Of a stretch of DNA of 32,000 bases, positions 1-8,802 are shown in pieces. Where the stretch lies: positions 570,001 to 602,000 of the forward strand of contig NZ_WUUQ01000002.1 of the NCBI RefSeq assembly GCF_009831105.1, in the 5' to 3' direction. The DNA is from Copranaerobaculum intestinale. GTDB taxonomy: Bacteria > Bacillota_I > Bacilli_A > Erysipelotrichales > Erysipelotrichaceae. The position numbers and the translations under genes are program-made. The notes below the pieces were generated by a model. That model did not search any database. It was given only the letters and a program-made list of their open reading frames with translations, and was not told where the DNA came from. Positions within the stretch are counted from its first letter, which is position 1. Each line of letters begins with the position of its first letter.

Positions 1-1
1 C

Positions 2-1294
2 TTATTCACCGATCAGCACATCATCCGCATCCAAATCGATCAGCGTGACTTGCTTCATGGTATGTAAAGCTGTTTCATCGCCCGCTACCTTCACCGGCAG
101 ATATTCACTGGTATGACCAAACAGCCACCCTGGCTCTTTGCTTTCTTCAAGCAGTACGTCTACCGAGTGATGAATAAACTGCTGCTTATATGTATGATAG
201 AGCGTCTTACTGAGTTCATTCAGCCGTGCCGCCCGTTGTTTCTTAGTACGGTTATCCAAATGACCGCTCATATCAGCGGCTGCGGTATGATCGCGCTTGG
301 AATATGGGAATACATGCAGAAAAGACAGCTGCAATTGTTGAAGATTGCGGCAGGTATTTTCAAAATCCTCTTCACTTTCCTGCGGAAAACCCACGATAAC
401 ATCCGTAGATATTGATATATCCGGCATCAGAGCACGGATGTGCTCCACCCGTCTTTGAAACCAATCCATACGATATGGACGATGCATCAGCTCCAGCACA
501 TGATCACTGCCGGATTGAATCGGTATATGCAGATGACGAGCCAGCTTTGGCTCCTTCGCCATATACATTAGCAGTTCATCGCTTATTTCATTCATTTCAA
601 TTGAAGAAACACGGATGCGCTCCAAACCGGAAACCTCATCTACCATTCGTTTCAGCAAGGTCAACAGATCGGTACCCAGATCCCTTCCGTAACGACCGGT
701 ATGAATACCCGACAATACGATTTCACGATGCTGATTAGCAGTCAGATTCTTCGCCACGGCGATCGCCTGATCGATTGGCAGGCTTCGCTCAGCTCCCCGA
801 GCAAACGGAATAATGCAATAGGAACAAAACTGATTACAGCCATCCTGAATCTTCAGATAAGCACGGGTCTGACGATGAAATCGCGATATGGGAAGTGCTT
901 CAAAGGTTCGGAGGCTGCGGACATCATGAACGATCTTTTGCGGCTTTCGATCCTGTAGGGCTGATTGAATCAGCTGGGGCAAAAGAACCTTCTGATCCGA
1001 TCCGATCAAAATATCGATCTGTTCCGCTTTGGCTAAACGTTCACTGTCCACTTGGACATAACAGCCTACCACGGCAATGAAAGCATTCGGATTGAGTGCT
1101 TTTGCCTGATGAATCCGCTGCCGGCTTTTTGCTGAGGCAGTGTTGGTCACCGCACAGGTATTGATGATGTAGATATCCGCAATCTCCTTAAAGGACACCT
1201 CCCGATAACCACATTCCAATAAGCCCTGCACGTACCCTTCTGATTCATATGCATTAACTTTACAACCGAGCGTACTAACGGCAAAAGTAACCAT
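2..1294 (-). CDS. mtaB: tRNA methylthiotransferase, MiaB/MtaB family (radical SAM)
   Basis: 430-aa ORF. N-terminal MTTase motif VSTLGCKVNAYESE and radical-SAM CxxxCxxC motif (CNQFCSYC). AAGGAG RBS before the ATG at 1294. TAA at 2-4. Confidence 0.85.
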   Translation of the reverse strand: MVTFAVSTLGCKVNAYESEGYVQGLLECGYREVSFKEIADIYIINTCAVTNTASAKSRQRIHQAKALNPNAFIAVVGCYVQVDSERLAKAEQIDILIGSDQKVLLPQLIQSALQDRKPQKIVHDVRSLRTFEALPISRFHRQTRAYLKIQDGCNQFCSYCIIPFARGAERSLPIDQAIAVAKNLTANQHREIVLSGIHTGRYGRDLGTDLLTLLKRMVDEVSGLERIRVSSIEMNEISDELLMYMAKEPKLARHLHIPIQSGSDHVLELMHRPYRMDWFQRRVEHIRALMPDISISTDVIVGFPQESEEDFENTCRNLQQLQLSFLHVFPYSKRDHTAAADMSGHLDNRTKKQRAARLNELSKTLYHTYKQQFIHHSVDVLLEESKEPGWLFGHTSEYLPVKVAGDETALHTMKQVTLIDLDADDVLIGE

Positions 1295-1460
1295 TCACTC
1301 ACTCCTTTTGCTAAACATTATACAACAAACAGGTATAGAAAGGAAGTGTATTTACATTCAACACACAGATAGAGCAGCTTCATCAAAATGGCTTCGATCC
1401 ATCATCGTTAGATAAAAAATGAGTTCGTCTTTAGTATACAGCGTAAACTCTATTGCATAC

Positions 1461-1489
1461 AAAAAATAACAGCAGGACGGCCGCTGTTA
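1461..1489 (-). terminator. intrinsic terminator after the 1487-2263 gene
   Basis: 7-bp stem TAACAGC (1467-1473) / GCTGTTA (1483-1489), followed on the minus strand by a U6 tract (A-run 1461-1466). The stop codon lies inside the stem. Confidence 0.55.
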
Positions 1490-2263
1490 TTTCTGCTTCT
1501 TATTTAATTTTATAATTTGCTTATTCAGCTTTTTTGCGAACTTTTCATTGACCAATTTTTGTTCGATCATGAATTCCATCATCGATTTGACATCCTCACT
1601 GACATAACATGAAATCAGAATTTGCAGCTTTCCGTCATCGACCTGACCGATACAGGAAGGATCAAGCGATATCGTATCAATGCATATTCCAGCTTTTACG
1701 ATATATAAACGATTAACCAGCGGATGATAAAGCACGGTTCCCCGCTCGCAGGTTGCAATATAACGACAGCTGCAAAAATCACTTTGATACAGGATATCCC
1801 CATAATAATCATCAGCCACGATGATATCCTTAAAGTCAGTGCGGAAGCGGCCATATTGCTTTAAATCAAAAAGCACCATCTCATCGCGGTAAACACGATT
1901 CATACGTTCATCAAAAATCGGAATATAGATATCCTGATCGTGAAAACGAAAGCTCTTTAAGGAAGTCTTTAAGCGATCAATATCAACATTCACCTGATGC
2001 TTACGCTCCTGATAGTCCAGATCTTTCCAATAATCAAACATACTGACATAGACATTACGAAATGTATCTTCAAACTGATGCTTGTTCAGCAGACTGTAAT
2101 ACAAAATTTCATTTTGAAAACAAGAAAATTCATGATCATTTTTCCAGTCCAGCTGCTGTTCCTTGAGAAAACTGTGCATGGTATCCAGAAATTTCTGATA
2201 TTCACTGTTTTTTATCAGCTGGGAATCAAACTGCTTATTCAGCTGTTTTAACAGTTTTTGCAT
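1487..2263 (-). CDS. hypothetical protein (258 aa), no recognisable motif
   Basis: Long ORF. The ATG at 2263 (MQKLLKQ...) is preferred over the ORF-track start because AGGTGA lies 5 nt upstream. The gene has its own promoter-like and terminator signals. Confidence 0.6.
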   Translation of the reverse strand: MQKLLKQLNKQFDSQLIKNSEYQKFLDTMHSFLKEQQLDWKNDHEFSCFQNEILYYSLLNKHQFEDTFRNVYVSMFDYWKDLDYQERKHQVNVDIDRLKTSLKSFRFHDQDIYIPIFDERMNRVYRDEMVLFDLKQYGRFRTDFKDIIVADDYYGDILYQSDFCSCRYIATCERGTVLYHPLVNRLYIVKAGICIDTISLDPSCIGQVDDGKLQILISCYVSEDVKSMMEFMIEQKLVNEKFAKKLNKQIIKLNKKQK

Positions 2264-2292
2264 AATCTTCACCTGACCTTTTACAAGCATAC

Positions 2293-2321
2293 ATAGTAAC
2301 GCAAAATCATTGTGCATGCAA
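2293..2321 (-). promoter_or_regulatory. sigma-A-like promoter TTGCAT-17-TACTAT for the 1487-2263 gene
   Basis: On the minus strand, TTGCAT is at 2316-2321 and TACTAT at 2293-2298, with a 17-nt spacer. It lies between the rluB stop and the ATG at 2263. Confidence 0.35.
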
Positions 2322-2340
2322 ACATTTTATCCGCAAATGA

Positions 2341-3081
2341 TCAATCGACGTTAATCAGTTTTCCCTCTTCCGCAAGAATGCGCAATTTTTTTATTTCAAA
2401 TGGTTTTAGTCTGCGATATTGTCCCTGTGACAGATCATCAACCCTAAGAAAACCCAGTTGGGTGCGGTGCAGCCGCCGAACCTCAAAGCCCAGCGCTTCC
2501 ATCATGCGCTTGATCTGGCGGTTTCGGCCTTCGTAAATTGTAAGATCAAAAGACATCTGATTTTTTTTCAGGTCCTTTTCCGTCATTTTGATTTTTGCCG
2601 GGAGCGTTTTTACTCCATCGTCCAATACGATGCCCTTTTGAATTTGCTTGATCTGAGCATTGTCCAAAATCCCATTGATCGTTAAATTATATGTTTTTGC
2701 GATATGATAACGAGGATGAATGATCATATTGGCAAATTCGCCGTCATTGGTTAACAGCAGTACACCGCTGGTATCATAATCAAGACGGCCGACAGTAAAC
2801 AGCCGTTCCTTGCCTTCGATTAATGAGACAACCGTCTGCCGATGAAATTCATCCTGAGCTGTGCACATGGAGCGTTTCGGTTTATTCATCACATAATATA
2901 CCTTGTTTTCCTTCTCGATGGCCTTGCCGTCCACCAAAATGACATCTCCTTTTTTTACTTTAAACCCAAGTTCCTTAACAACCTCTCCATTGACCTCAAC
3001 TCTGCCTTCCACAATATATGTTTCTGCTTTGCGGCGCGATGCAATACCCGCAGCAGCAATCACTTTTTGTAAACGTTCCAT
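2341..3081 (-). CDS. rluB: 23S rRNA pseudouridine synthase, RsuA/RluB family
   Basis: N-terminal S4 domain (MERLQKVIAAAGIASRRKAE) and catalytic motif GRLDYDTSGVLLLTNDG. The start is set at the second ATG (3081) to match the typical MERLQK N-terminus. Confidence 0.85.
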   Translation of the reverse strand: MERLQKVIAAAGIASRRKAETYIVEGRVEVNGEVVKELGFKVKKGDVILVDGKAIEKENKVYYVMNKPKRSMCTAQDEFHRQTVVSLIEGKERLFTVGRLDYDTSGVLLLTNDGEFANMIIHPRYHIAKTYNLTINGILDNAQIKQIQKGIVLDDGVKTLPAKIKMTEKDLKKNQMSFDLTIYEGRNRQIKRMMEALGFEVRRLHRTQLGFLRVDDLSQGQYRRLKPFEIKKLRILAEEGKLINVD

Positions 3082-3144
3082 ACCTGCACGTCCTTTCCTG
3101 ACCATTATTGTAACCTATTCTTTAGGGAAAGGAAAGCGCCGGTT

Positions 3145-3657
3145 TCAGGAAAAGAACATCAATGTCAAAAAGATGGCCATACCGATTCCTGCGACATCAG
3201 CCATCAGTCCGATGGCAAGTGAATTCTTGATTTTTTTGATCCCGACCGTTGAAAAATACAGCGTAATGACATAAACCGTAGTATCCGTAGACCCTTGTAT
3301 GATACTGGCCATAATACCTGCCAAAGAATCGACTCCGCTGTTTTTAAAAATATCGATCAGCACGGCCAAAGAGGCACTTCCGGAAATCGGCCGAAAGAAA
3401 ATCATGGGGAAAATTTCTGATGGAAGCGTTGGAATCAGACGCGCTACCGCCTGTGACAATAAGGTCATCAGTCCGCTTTCACGAAGCAATGTAATTGCAC
3501 ACATCATCGCAAGTAAAGCCGGATAAATGCTCAGAAATAGTGAAATGCCTTCTTTCGCTCCATCAACGAAGGCTTGATAGGCGTTCACCCGTTTCCATAG
3601 CGCACACAAAACGATCAGCAGCAGCAGTCCCGGAAGTAAGTAATCAGCGATCGCCAT
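3145..3657 (-). CDS. spmB: spore maturation protein B
   Basis: 170-aa polytopic membrane protein directly after spmA, with a 14-nt overlap. The dacB-spmA-spmB order matches B. subtilis. Confidence 0.75.
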   Translation of the reverse strand: MAIADYLLPGLLLLIVLCALWKRVNAYQAFVDGAKEGISLFLSIYPALLAMMCAITLLRESGLMTLLSQAVARLIPTLPSEIFPMIFFRPISGSASLAVLIDIFKNSGVDSLAGIMASIIQGSTDTTVYVITLYFSTVGIKKIKNSLAIGLMADVAGIGMAIFLTLMFFS

Positions 3658-4222
3658 GATGATTCCACCACCGATCTATCGTCAGTCCGACAAAGGATGC
3701 GAAAAATGTTGAAAGGATTGCAAACGGCATGAATCCGGTGACATCCTGCGAATGGAAAGAAGCTCGTAAGGCGATCAAGGTCGTTGATAAGACGGTGACG
3801 CCGGCGGTATTTAATACTAGAAAGGTCACCATGGAACGTGTCGCTGTCTTCGGATCAGGATTGTGCTTCTGCATACCGTTCATGGCTTTCAGTCCGACCG
3901 GTGTAGCTGCCGAGCCAAGACCAAACAGATTGACGGTAATGTTCGCTGCAATATAGCCGAGCGTTTCCTTATCCTCTTTGATGTCAGGAAACAGCCAGCG
4001 CAATAACGGTGAAAACAGACGTTCCAATTTTTTCAGCAAGCCTGCCTCTTTTGCCACATTCAGCATCCCATTCCAAAAACAGGTCATACAGATCAGCGGC
4101 AGTACAAAATCGAAAGTATCCTTTCCGATGTTGATGACAACCTGATTAATCAAATCCACCTTACCGCTCACCAATCCGAAAATCAGAGCCAGTGCAATCA
4201 TAAACAGCCAAATTATATCCAT
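3644..4222 (-). CDS. spmA: spore maturation protein A
   Basis: Polytopic membrane protein starting MDIIWLFMIAL. The ATG at 4222 overlaps the dacB stop by 10 nt, and GGGTGA lies upstream. Confidence 0.75.
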   Translation of the reverse strand: MDIIWLFMIALALIFGLVSGKVDLINQVVINIGKDTFDFVLPLICMTCFWNGMLNVAKEAGLLKKLERLFSPLLRWLFPDIKEDKETLGYIAANITVNLFGLGSAATPVGLKAMNGMQKHNPDPKTATRSMVTFLVLNTAGVTVLSTTLIALRASFHSQDVTGFMPFAILSTFFASFVGLTIDRWWNHHGDR

Positions 4223-5214
4223 GGTATCACCCGCTTCCAAAAGGATTTCTCTGGTTTCTTCCGAGCTGTAATTCGATAGGTTGACGTTATGTCATTCTTA
4301 CGTACCTTCACGACAAGCTTATTTTTTTTAAATTCAGCACTTGCTTCGATTTGATCCGGATGCTCTCGCGGCGTCAGTACACGAATATCCTGCTTGATTG
4401 TAAAGATATGGTTTCCGGCGTGATAGGTTCCTTTTTTCAATACCGTGATTGCCTTCATTTTTGCGAATGCTTCGGTATGCTTCTGTTCATGAAACTTGAA
4501 GTCATCGGATACACCCAAGGTTACGACCACTGTTTCCAACTGCTGATTGCTGGCGCTTGTTACCAAGGTTCTTCCAGCGTGCTTAGTGAAGCCTGTCTTG
4601 CCGCCGGTTGTAAACGGATAGTCAAACAGCAGTCGATTCTTGTTTTTCCAGCGATAATTCCATTCACTCGTATAATACTTCGATCCGCAAATCGTACGAA
4701 AGATATCATTTTTCATCGCATAGGACATCAGGATCGCCATATCATAAGCAGTTGAAATATTCCCTTCGCCTTCATCATCCAGACCGCTTGCATTATGAAA
4801 GATCGTATTTTTCATCCCGATTTTTTCTGCCTTGCGATTCATTTCCTTAACAAAAGCTTCTTCACTGCCACTGACTCTGGTTGCGATTTCAACAGCTGCA
4901 TCGTTGCCGCTTCTTAGCAGCAAGCCATACAGCAGTGACTGCATAGACACTTTTTGTCCCTTTTGTAAGTAGATGCTGCTTCCGTGTGCTTTCATTACCG
5001 CATTTGACACATTCCATGTGTCACCGAGTTCATCCTGTTCAATGGCAATGATGGCTGTCATGATTTTTGATATGGAAGCCACGCTCTGCCGCTCATGCAT
5101 GTTTTTTTCCTCGATGACCGTATTGTCATCGTCACCTAACACACAATAGGAATTCGCCTGAACCTCCATTGTGAACGATGTCAAACAGATTAGTAAAATG
5201 ATCAGCTTTTTCAT
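4213..5214 (-). CDS. dacB: D-alanyl-D-alanine carboxypeptidase (low-MW PBP, sporulation type)
   Basis: Signal peptide MKKLIILLICLTSFTMEVQA. All three PBP motifs are present: SxxK (SISK), SxN (SGN) and KTG (GGKTGFT). It heads the spmA-spmB operon. Confidence 0.8.
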   Translation of the reverse strand: MKKLIILLICLTSFTMEVQANSYCVLGDDDNTVIEEKNMHERQSVASISKIMTAIIAIEQDELGDTWNVSNAVMKAHGSSIYLQKGQKVSMQSLLYGLLLRSGNDAAVEIATRVSGSEEAFVKEMNRKAEKIGMKNTIFHNASGLDDEGEGNISTAYDMAILMSYAMKNDIFRTICGSKYYTSEWNYRWKNKNRLLFDYPFTTGGKTGFTKHAGRTLVTSASNQQLETVVVTLGVSDDFKFHEQKHTEAFAKMKAITVLKKGTYHAGNHIFTIKQDIRVLTPREHPDQIEASAEFKKNKLVVKVRKNDITSTYRITARKKPEKSFWKRVIPWI

Positions 5215-5231
5215 GGTATCACCCGTTTATC

Positions 5232-5239
5232 AGTATATG
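5232..5239 (-). promoter_or_regulatory. candidate mother-cell (sigma-E/K-type) -10 element CATATACT upstream of dacB
   Basis: CATATACT on the minus strand, 17 nt before the dacB ATG. It resembles the sigma-E -10 consensus CATACA-T. No convincing -35 was found. Confidence 0.3.
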
Positions 5240-5323
5240 AAAGGATTCCTGTATTTCAGAATACCGTTTTGTTAAGAACCAAAGGATATTTACTTTTTCT
5301 TTAAATTTCGATCCGCAAATATT

Positions 5324-5349
5324 AAAAAAGCATGTGTTTTCACACATGC
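5324..5349 (-). terminator. intrinsic terminator after the 5358-6197 gene
   Basis: 8-bp stem GCATGTGT (5330-5337) / ACACATGC (5342-5349) with a 4-nt loop. A U6 tract follows on the minus strand (A-run 5324-5329). Confidence 0.6.
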
Positions 5350-5357
5350 AGTTTGTT

Positions 5358-6197
5358 TTATTTGTCAAAGATAAGTTTTTGCAAGAGGAAATAACCCGCA
5401 AAAAGCAACACTGCTCCGCTCAGCATCCATAAGGTATACTGATTCAGCTGCGGGGCCGCAACCTCAAAATACACATTTGTGATCCTGCCGATCATGGCAT
5501 CCGAGGGAGCCTTAAAAAGCTTGATCAACAAACTGACGCAGTAAATACCGATGCCGCTTATGGATAAAGCAATCGCACTGCTGCGCATCCATTTCATCCG
5601 TTCCCAACTGAAAATAACCAGCAGGATAATACCAACTCCCACCATCACCAAGCCCAAGCTCTGTACGGTATCAGAAGCAAACCAGGATACCAGCTCCATG
5701 AGCTTCAGCACCGAGGGTGACAGCTGTTCTCTACCGGTTTGAATCGCCTGATCATAAAGAGGCTGCAGATCAATATCCTTTAACAGAAAATCGACGAATG
5801 ATTCCTGATCAGCGAGCGGAATATCTGCCGGAAGCAATTCCTTCACTTCCGTTTCATGCTTTTCCAGAATCTTCTTAATATCATGATCCAGATCCGGAAC
5901 CGTACCCTGCCCATCCGCCAAAGCACTCAGAATGTTGACACTGTAATCATGAACGATCTGCTGCAGCTGCTCATCCTCTGTAATTTTATTTTTGATTTTT
6001 TGAAATTGTTCTTCCGTCTTTGCATCAAAGGTAAATTGCCGGTCAAAAATCGAGGTTAAAGTCACATCTTGAAATGCGATCTTCATCAGTCCTTTTGTCA
6101 GCATCGACTGACAGACCATATAACCGGATACAAGACATACACCGCTGATCATAAAGACTACGGCAATTATTGAAATACTTTTTTTCATTGCTTTCAT
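5358..6197 (-). CDS. hypothetical membrane protein (279 aa)
   Basis: N-terminal TM segment (SISIIAVVFMISGVCLVSG), an acidic soluble middle of about 150 aa, and several C-terminal TM segments. The ATG at 6197 has GGTGA 5 nt upstream. Confidence 0.6.
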   Translation of the reverse strand: MKAMKKSISIIAVVFMISGVCLVSGYMVCQSMLTKGLMKIAFQDVTLTSIFDRQFTFDAKTEEQFQKIKNKITEDEQLQQIVHDYSVNILSALADGQGTVPDLDHDIKKILEKHETEVKELLPADIPLADQESFVDFLLKDIDLQPLYDQAIQTGREQLSPSVLKLMELVSWFASDTVQSLGLVMVGVGIILLVIFSWERMKWMRSSAIALSISGIGIYCVSLLIKLFKAPSDAMIGRITNVYFEVAAPQLNQYTLWMLSGAVLLFAGYFLLQKLIFDK

Positions 6198-6213
6198 AAG
6201 CATCACCAATTAT

Positions 6214-6222
6214 ATTATAACA
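6214..6222 (-). promoter_or_regulatory. extended -10 promoter TGtTATAAT
   Basis: The minus strand reads TGTTATAAT, 16 nt upstream of the ATG at 6197. Confidence 0.4.
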
Positions 6223-6238
6223 ATGATTTTCTATTTGT

Positions 6239-6265
6239 ACTAATCCAATCGTCAAACATATACTA
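6239..6265 (+). promoter_or_regulatory. candidate sigma-K/E-type promoter AC-16-CATATACTA for the GT2-TPR gene
   Basis: AC at 6239-6240, a 16-nt spacer, then CATATACTA at 6257-6265. This fits the sigma-K pattern AC-16/17-CATAnnnTA. The same bases can also be read as a sigma-A promoter, TTGTAC(6235-6240)-18-TATACT(6259-6264). Confidence 0.35.
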
Positions 6266-6282
6266 TGAAGAGGTGATTGAGA

Positions 6283-7353
6283 ATGGAAATCAGTCTTTGC
6301 ATGATTGTAAAAAACGAAGCGGATGTATTGGCACGCTGTTTAAAAAGCGTTTCAATGCTCGTGGATGAAATCATTATTGTAGATACCGGATCAAACGACG
6401 AAACCAAAGAAATCGCCAAACAATTTACTGATCAAATTTATGATTTTACCTGGGTGGATGATTTCTCCAAAGCTCGTAATTTTGCTTTCGCTAAGGCTAC
6501 TAAGGACTATCAAATGTGGCTGGATGCTGACGACATCTTCAAAGCAGCGGATCAACAGGCGTTTTTATCCATGAAGGCAGAATGGGACGATCACATTGAT
6601 ATGGCAATGCTGAAATACGATGTTGGATTTGATGAACAGGATCATCCCACCTTCTCTTATTATCGGGAGCGGATCATGAAACGATCAATGCATTATCAAT
6701 GGGTTGATCCGATTCATGAAGTAATTCCCCAGCGTGGAGAGATTCGTTATTTCCCGATTGCCGTATCTCACAAGAAGCTCCACCCAAGTGATCCTGACCG
6801 CAATCTTCGCATCTTCCAAAAAATGCTGAGTAACGGCATTCTTCTCAACTCCCGGCAAACCTTTTACTACGCGCGTGAATTGTATTACCACAAGCAGTAT
6901 GAAGCCGCAATTCCACTTTTAACGAGCGTTTTGAACGGTACGGATACCTGGCTGGAAAATCGTATTGATGCGGCTCTAGTATTGGCATCCTGCTATCAGG
7001 CATGTAACAATAGCAGCAAGGCAAAGCAAACTCTGCTCACGACCTTTTGCTATAGTACTCCACGAAGTGAAATCTGCTGTGAGCTTGGACATCTATTCTT
7101 TCATGAAAAGGACTATCAAAATGCGATATATTGGTATGAAGCAGCACGAACTCAAAAACCAAAGGTGGAAGACGGCGGATTTCATCAAATTGATACCTAC
7201 GACTATATTCCCTGTCTGCAGCTTTGTGTCTGTTACGACCGTCTGCACAATCCGGACAAGGCAATCTATTACAATGAACTTGCCGGAACGATCAAGCCAA
7301 ATGATCGTCGTTATCTTTACAATAAAGAATATTTTAAAAAAAAAGACCGCTGA
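6283..7353 (+). CDS. family-2 glycosyltransferase with C-terminal TPR-like helical domain
   Basis: GT-A signature CMIVKNEADVLARCL...DEIIIVDTGSNDET...DFSKARNFA...WLDADD. The C-terminal half is helical-repeat-like (YYARELYYHKQYEAAI, FFHEKDYQNAIYWYE). GAGGTGA RBS lies 6 nt before the ATG at 6283. Confidence 0.75.
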   Translation: MEISLCMIVKNEADVLARCLKSVSMLVDEIIIVDTGSNDETKEIAKQFTDQIYDFTWVDDFSKARNFAFAKATKDYQMWLDADDIFKAADQQAFLSMKAEWDDHIDMAMLKYDVGFDEQDHPTFSYYRERIMKRSMHYQWVDPIHEVIPQRGEIRYFPIAVSHKKLHPSDPDRNLRIFQKMLSNGILLNSRQTFYYARELYYHKQYEAAIPLLTSVLNGTDTWLENRIDAALVLASCYQACNNSSKAKQTLLTTFCYSTPRSEICCELGHLFFHEKDYQNAIYWYEAARTQKPKVEDGGFHQIDTYDYIPCLQLCVCYDRLHNPDKAIYYNELAGTIKPNDRRYLYNKEYFKKKDR

Positions 7354-7368
7354 TCGGCGGTTTTCTTT
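7336..7368. terminator. bidirectional terminator between the GT2-TPR gene and scpB
   Basis: GC-rich stem ACCGC (7346-7350) / GCGGT (7357-7361), flanked by an A9 run (7336-7344) and TTTTCTTT. The GT2 stop codon lies in the loop. Confidence 0.5.
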
Positions 7369-7912
7369 AAATATCTTCGAATAAGGATTCTTCAAATTCT
7401 TCCTGCATATCCGGAAGCTCCGGTAATTCTTTCAAGCTTTCCAGCTTGAACGCATCCATAAACTCCTCTGTGATTTCATAGAGGAACGGACGTCCCGGAA
7501 TTTCTGCCCTGCCGCATTCCTTGATCAATGAACGGGCAAGCAGCTTACGAATCATCATATCACACCCAACCCCACGGATTTCTTCAATTTCCGTACGCGT
7601 AATCGGCTGCTTATAAGCAATGATCGCCAGCGTTTCCAGTGCAGCCTGAGATAAGGTGGACATCCGGCTGTTTGTAAATAACTTCTCGGCATAGTCATGG
7701 ATACATTCCTTTGAAACAAACTTATAAACTTCTCCAAAATGCACAAGTTCAATTCCATGCGATTCATCCAGGTATTGATCCATCAGCTGATTCAACCCGG
7801 ATTCCACTGACTCACGATCACACTCGATGGAACCGATCAGCTGGTCAATCGTAAGCCCTTCATCACCGCTGAGGAACAATAAGCCCTCTAACACCGTTAA
7901 TATATTATCCAT
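7367..7912 (-). CDS. scpB: segregation and condensation protein B
   Basis: Typical ScpB N-terminus MDNILTVLEGLLFLSGDEGL and QAALETLAIIAYKQPITRTEIEEIRGV. The ATG overlaps the scpA end by 8 nt. Confidence 0.85.
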   Translation of the reverse strand: MDNILTVLEGLLFLSGDEGLTIDQLIGSIECDRESVESGLNQLMDQYLDESHGIELVHFGEVYKFVSKECIHDYAEKLFTNSRMSTLSQAALETLAIIAYKQPITRTEIEEIRGVGCDMMIRKLLARSLIKECGRAEIPGRPFLYEITEEFMDAFKLESLKELPELPDMQEEFEESLFEDI

Positions 7913-8642
7913 ACACCGCTTCACCTCTTATAATCCAAATTGTATCTTCTTCATCAACTGTAAATGTAATATCTTTATGTTTGATTAAATCCAGCACTGA
8001 CAAAAAAGTAACGATGACCATGTGCAGATCGACGCAATCCTCACAGAGCTGATCAAAACTCATTTTACCTGTCCAATTTGCAAGCCGCTGCTTGATTTGA
8101 ACCACTCTTTCATCCAGTGAAAGCTCCTTGATCGTCATTTTCGTTTCATACGGACGCATGATAGCCTGACGGCGAAGCACCTTATTCATCGCCTTAATGA
8201 GATCATACGGATTTCCGCTGTAATCCTCTTCTACTGTGGTTGTCGACCACTTCATCGCTTCTTCACTGATCGGCTTGCTCATCATCATCTGGCGCTTTTC
8301 ATACTGATCCTGAAATTTCAACGATATTTCTTTGAAACGCTGATATTCCAATAATCGCCGTGCTAGCTTATCCCGCTGATCTTCTTCATATTCTTCTTCA
8401 ATAACCACTTTTTCCCGGGGCAGCAGCTTTTTACTTTTATATTCAATAAGTCCGGATAATTCAATCAAATATTCACTGGCAATTTCCAAATGCATGGATT
8501 CCATGGCATTGATGTATGTTAAATACTGATCGGTCAGCATATTCATATCCAGATCAAACAGATCAAGCTTATTTTCTTTCACCAGATGCAGCATGAGATC
8601 CAACGGTCCTTCAAACTGATCGATCATTATCTGAAATGTCAT
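7905..8642 (-). CDS. scpA: segregation and condensation protein A
   Basis: ScpA N-terminus FEGPLDLMLHLVKENKLDLFDLDM, 245 aa. GAGGTGA RBS. It lies directly upstream of scpB. Confidence 0.85.
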   Translation of the reverse strand: MTFQIMIDQFEGPLDLMLHLVKENKLDLFDLDMNMLTDQYLTYINAMESMHLEIASEYLIELSGLIEYKSKKLLPREKVVIEEEYEEDQRDKLARRLLEYQRFKEISLKFQDQYEKRQMMMSKPISEEAMKWSTTTVEEDYSGNPYDLIKAMNKVLRRQAIMRPYETKMTIKELSLDERVVQIKQRLANWTGKMSFDQLCEDCVDLHMVIVTFLSVLDLIKHKDITFTVDEEDTIWIIRGEAVYG

Positions 8643-8660
8643 GAAATCACCTCGGAAATC

Positions 8661-8669
8661 ATTATATCA
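8661..8669 (-). promoter_or_regulatory. extended -10 promoter TGaTATAAT for scpAB
   Basis: The minus strand reads TGATATAAT, 18 nt upstream of the scpA ATG. Confidence 0.4.
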
Positions 8670-8802
8670 AAAAAAACTATGTTTTAATATATTTTTCTTA
8701 TTACCTAAGATCGATACCCAAAGTTTATCATCATGAAAAACACACGTATTTCACACCGCATACTGTATGATGACCCGCATGTGAGTTTGGATAAGCATCA
8801 AT

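Noticed and set aside
113-1080. Plus-strand ORFs of 61-108 aa antisense to mtaB. Similar antisense ORFs lie inside mutS2 (18607-20637), uvrC, aspS (29333-31212), the GGDEF-EAL gene (minus strand) and others.
   Set aside because: They are shadow ORFs inside well-supported genes on the opposite strand. They lack an RBS and have low-complexity or atypical composition.
5219-5401. Cys-rich 60-aa ORF (…CKNLSLTNKTNCMCENTCFFNICGS…) considered as a possible glycocin-like substrate for the nearby GT2-TPR enzyme
   Set aside because: The Cys codons come from the palindromic terminator hairpin (GCATGTGT/ACACATGC). The ORF overlaps the 3' end of the 5358-6197 gene and has no RBS. It has no leader or double-Gly processing motif.
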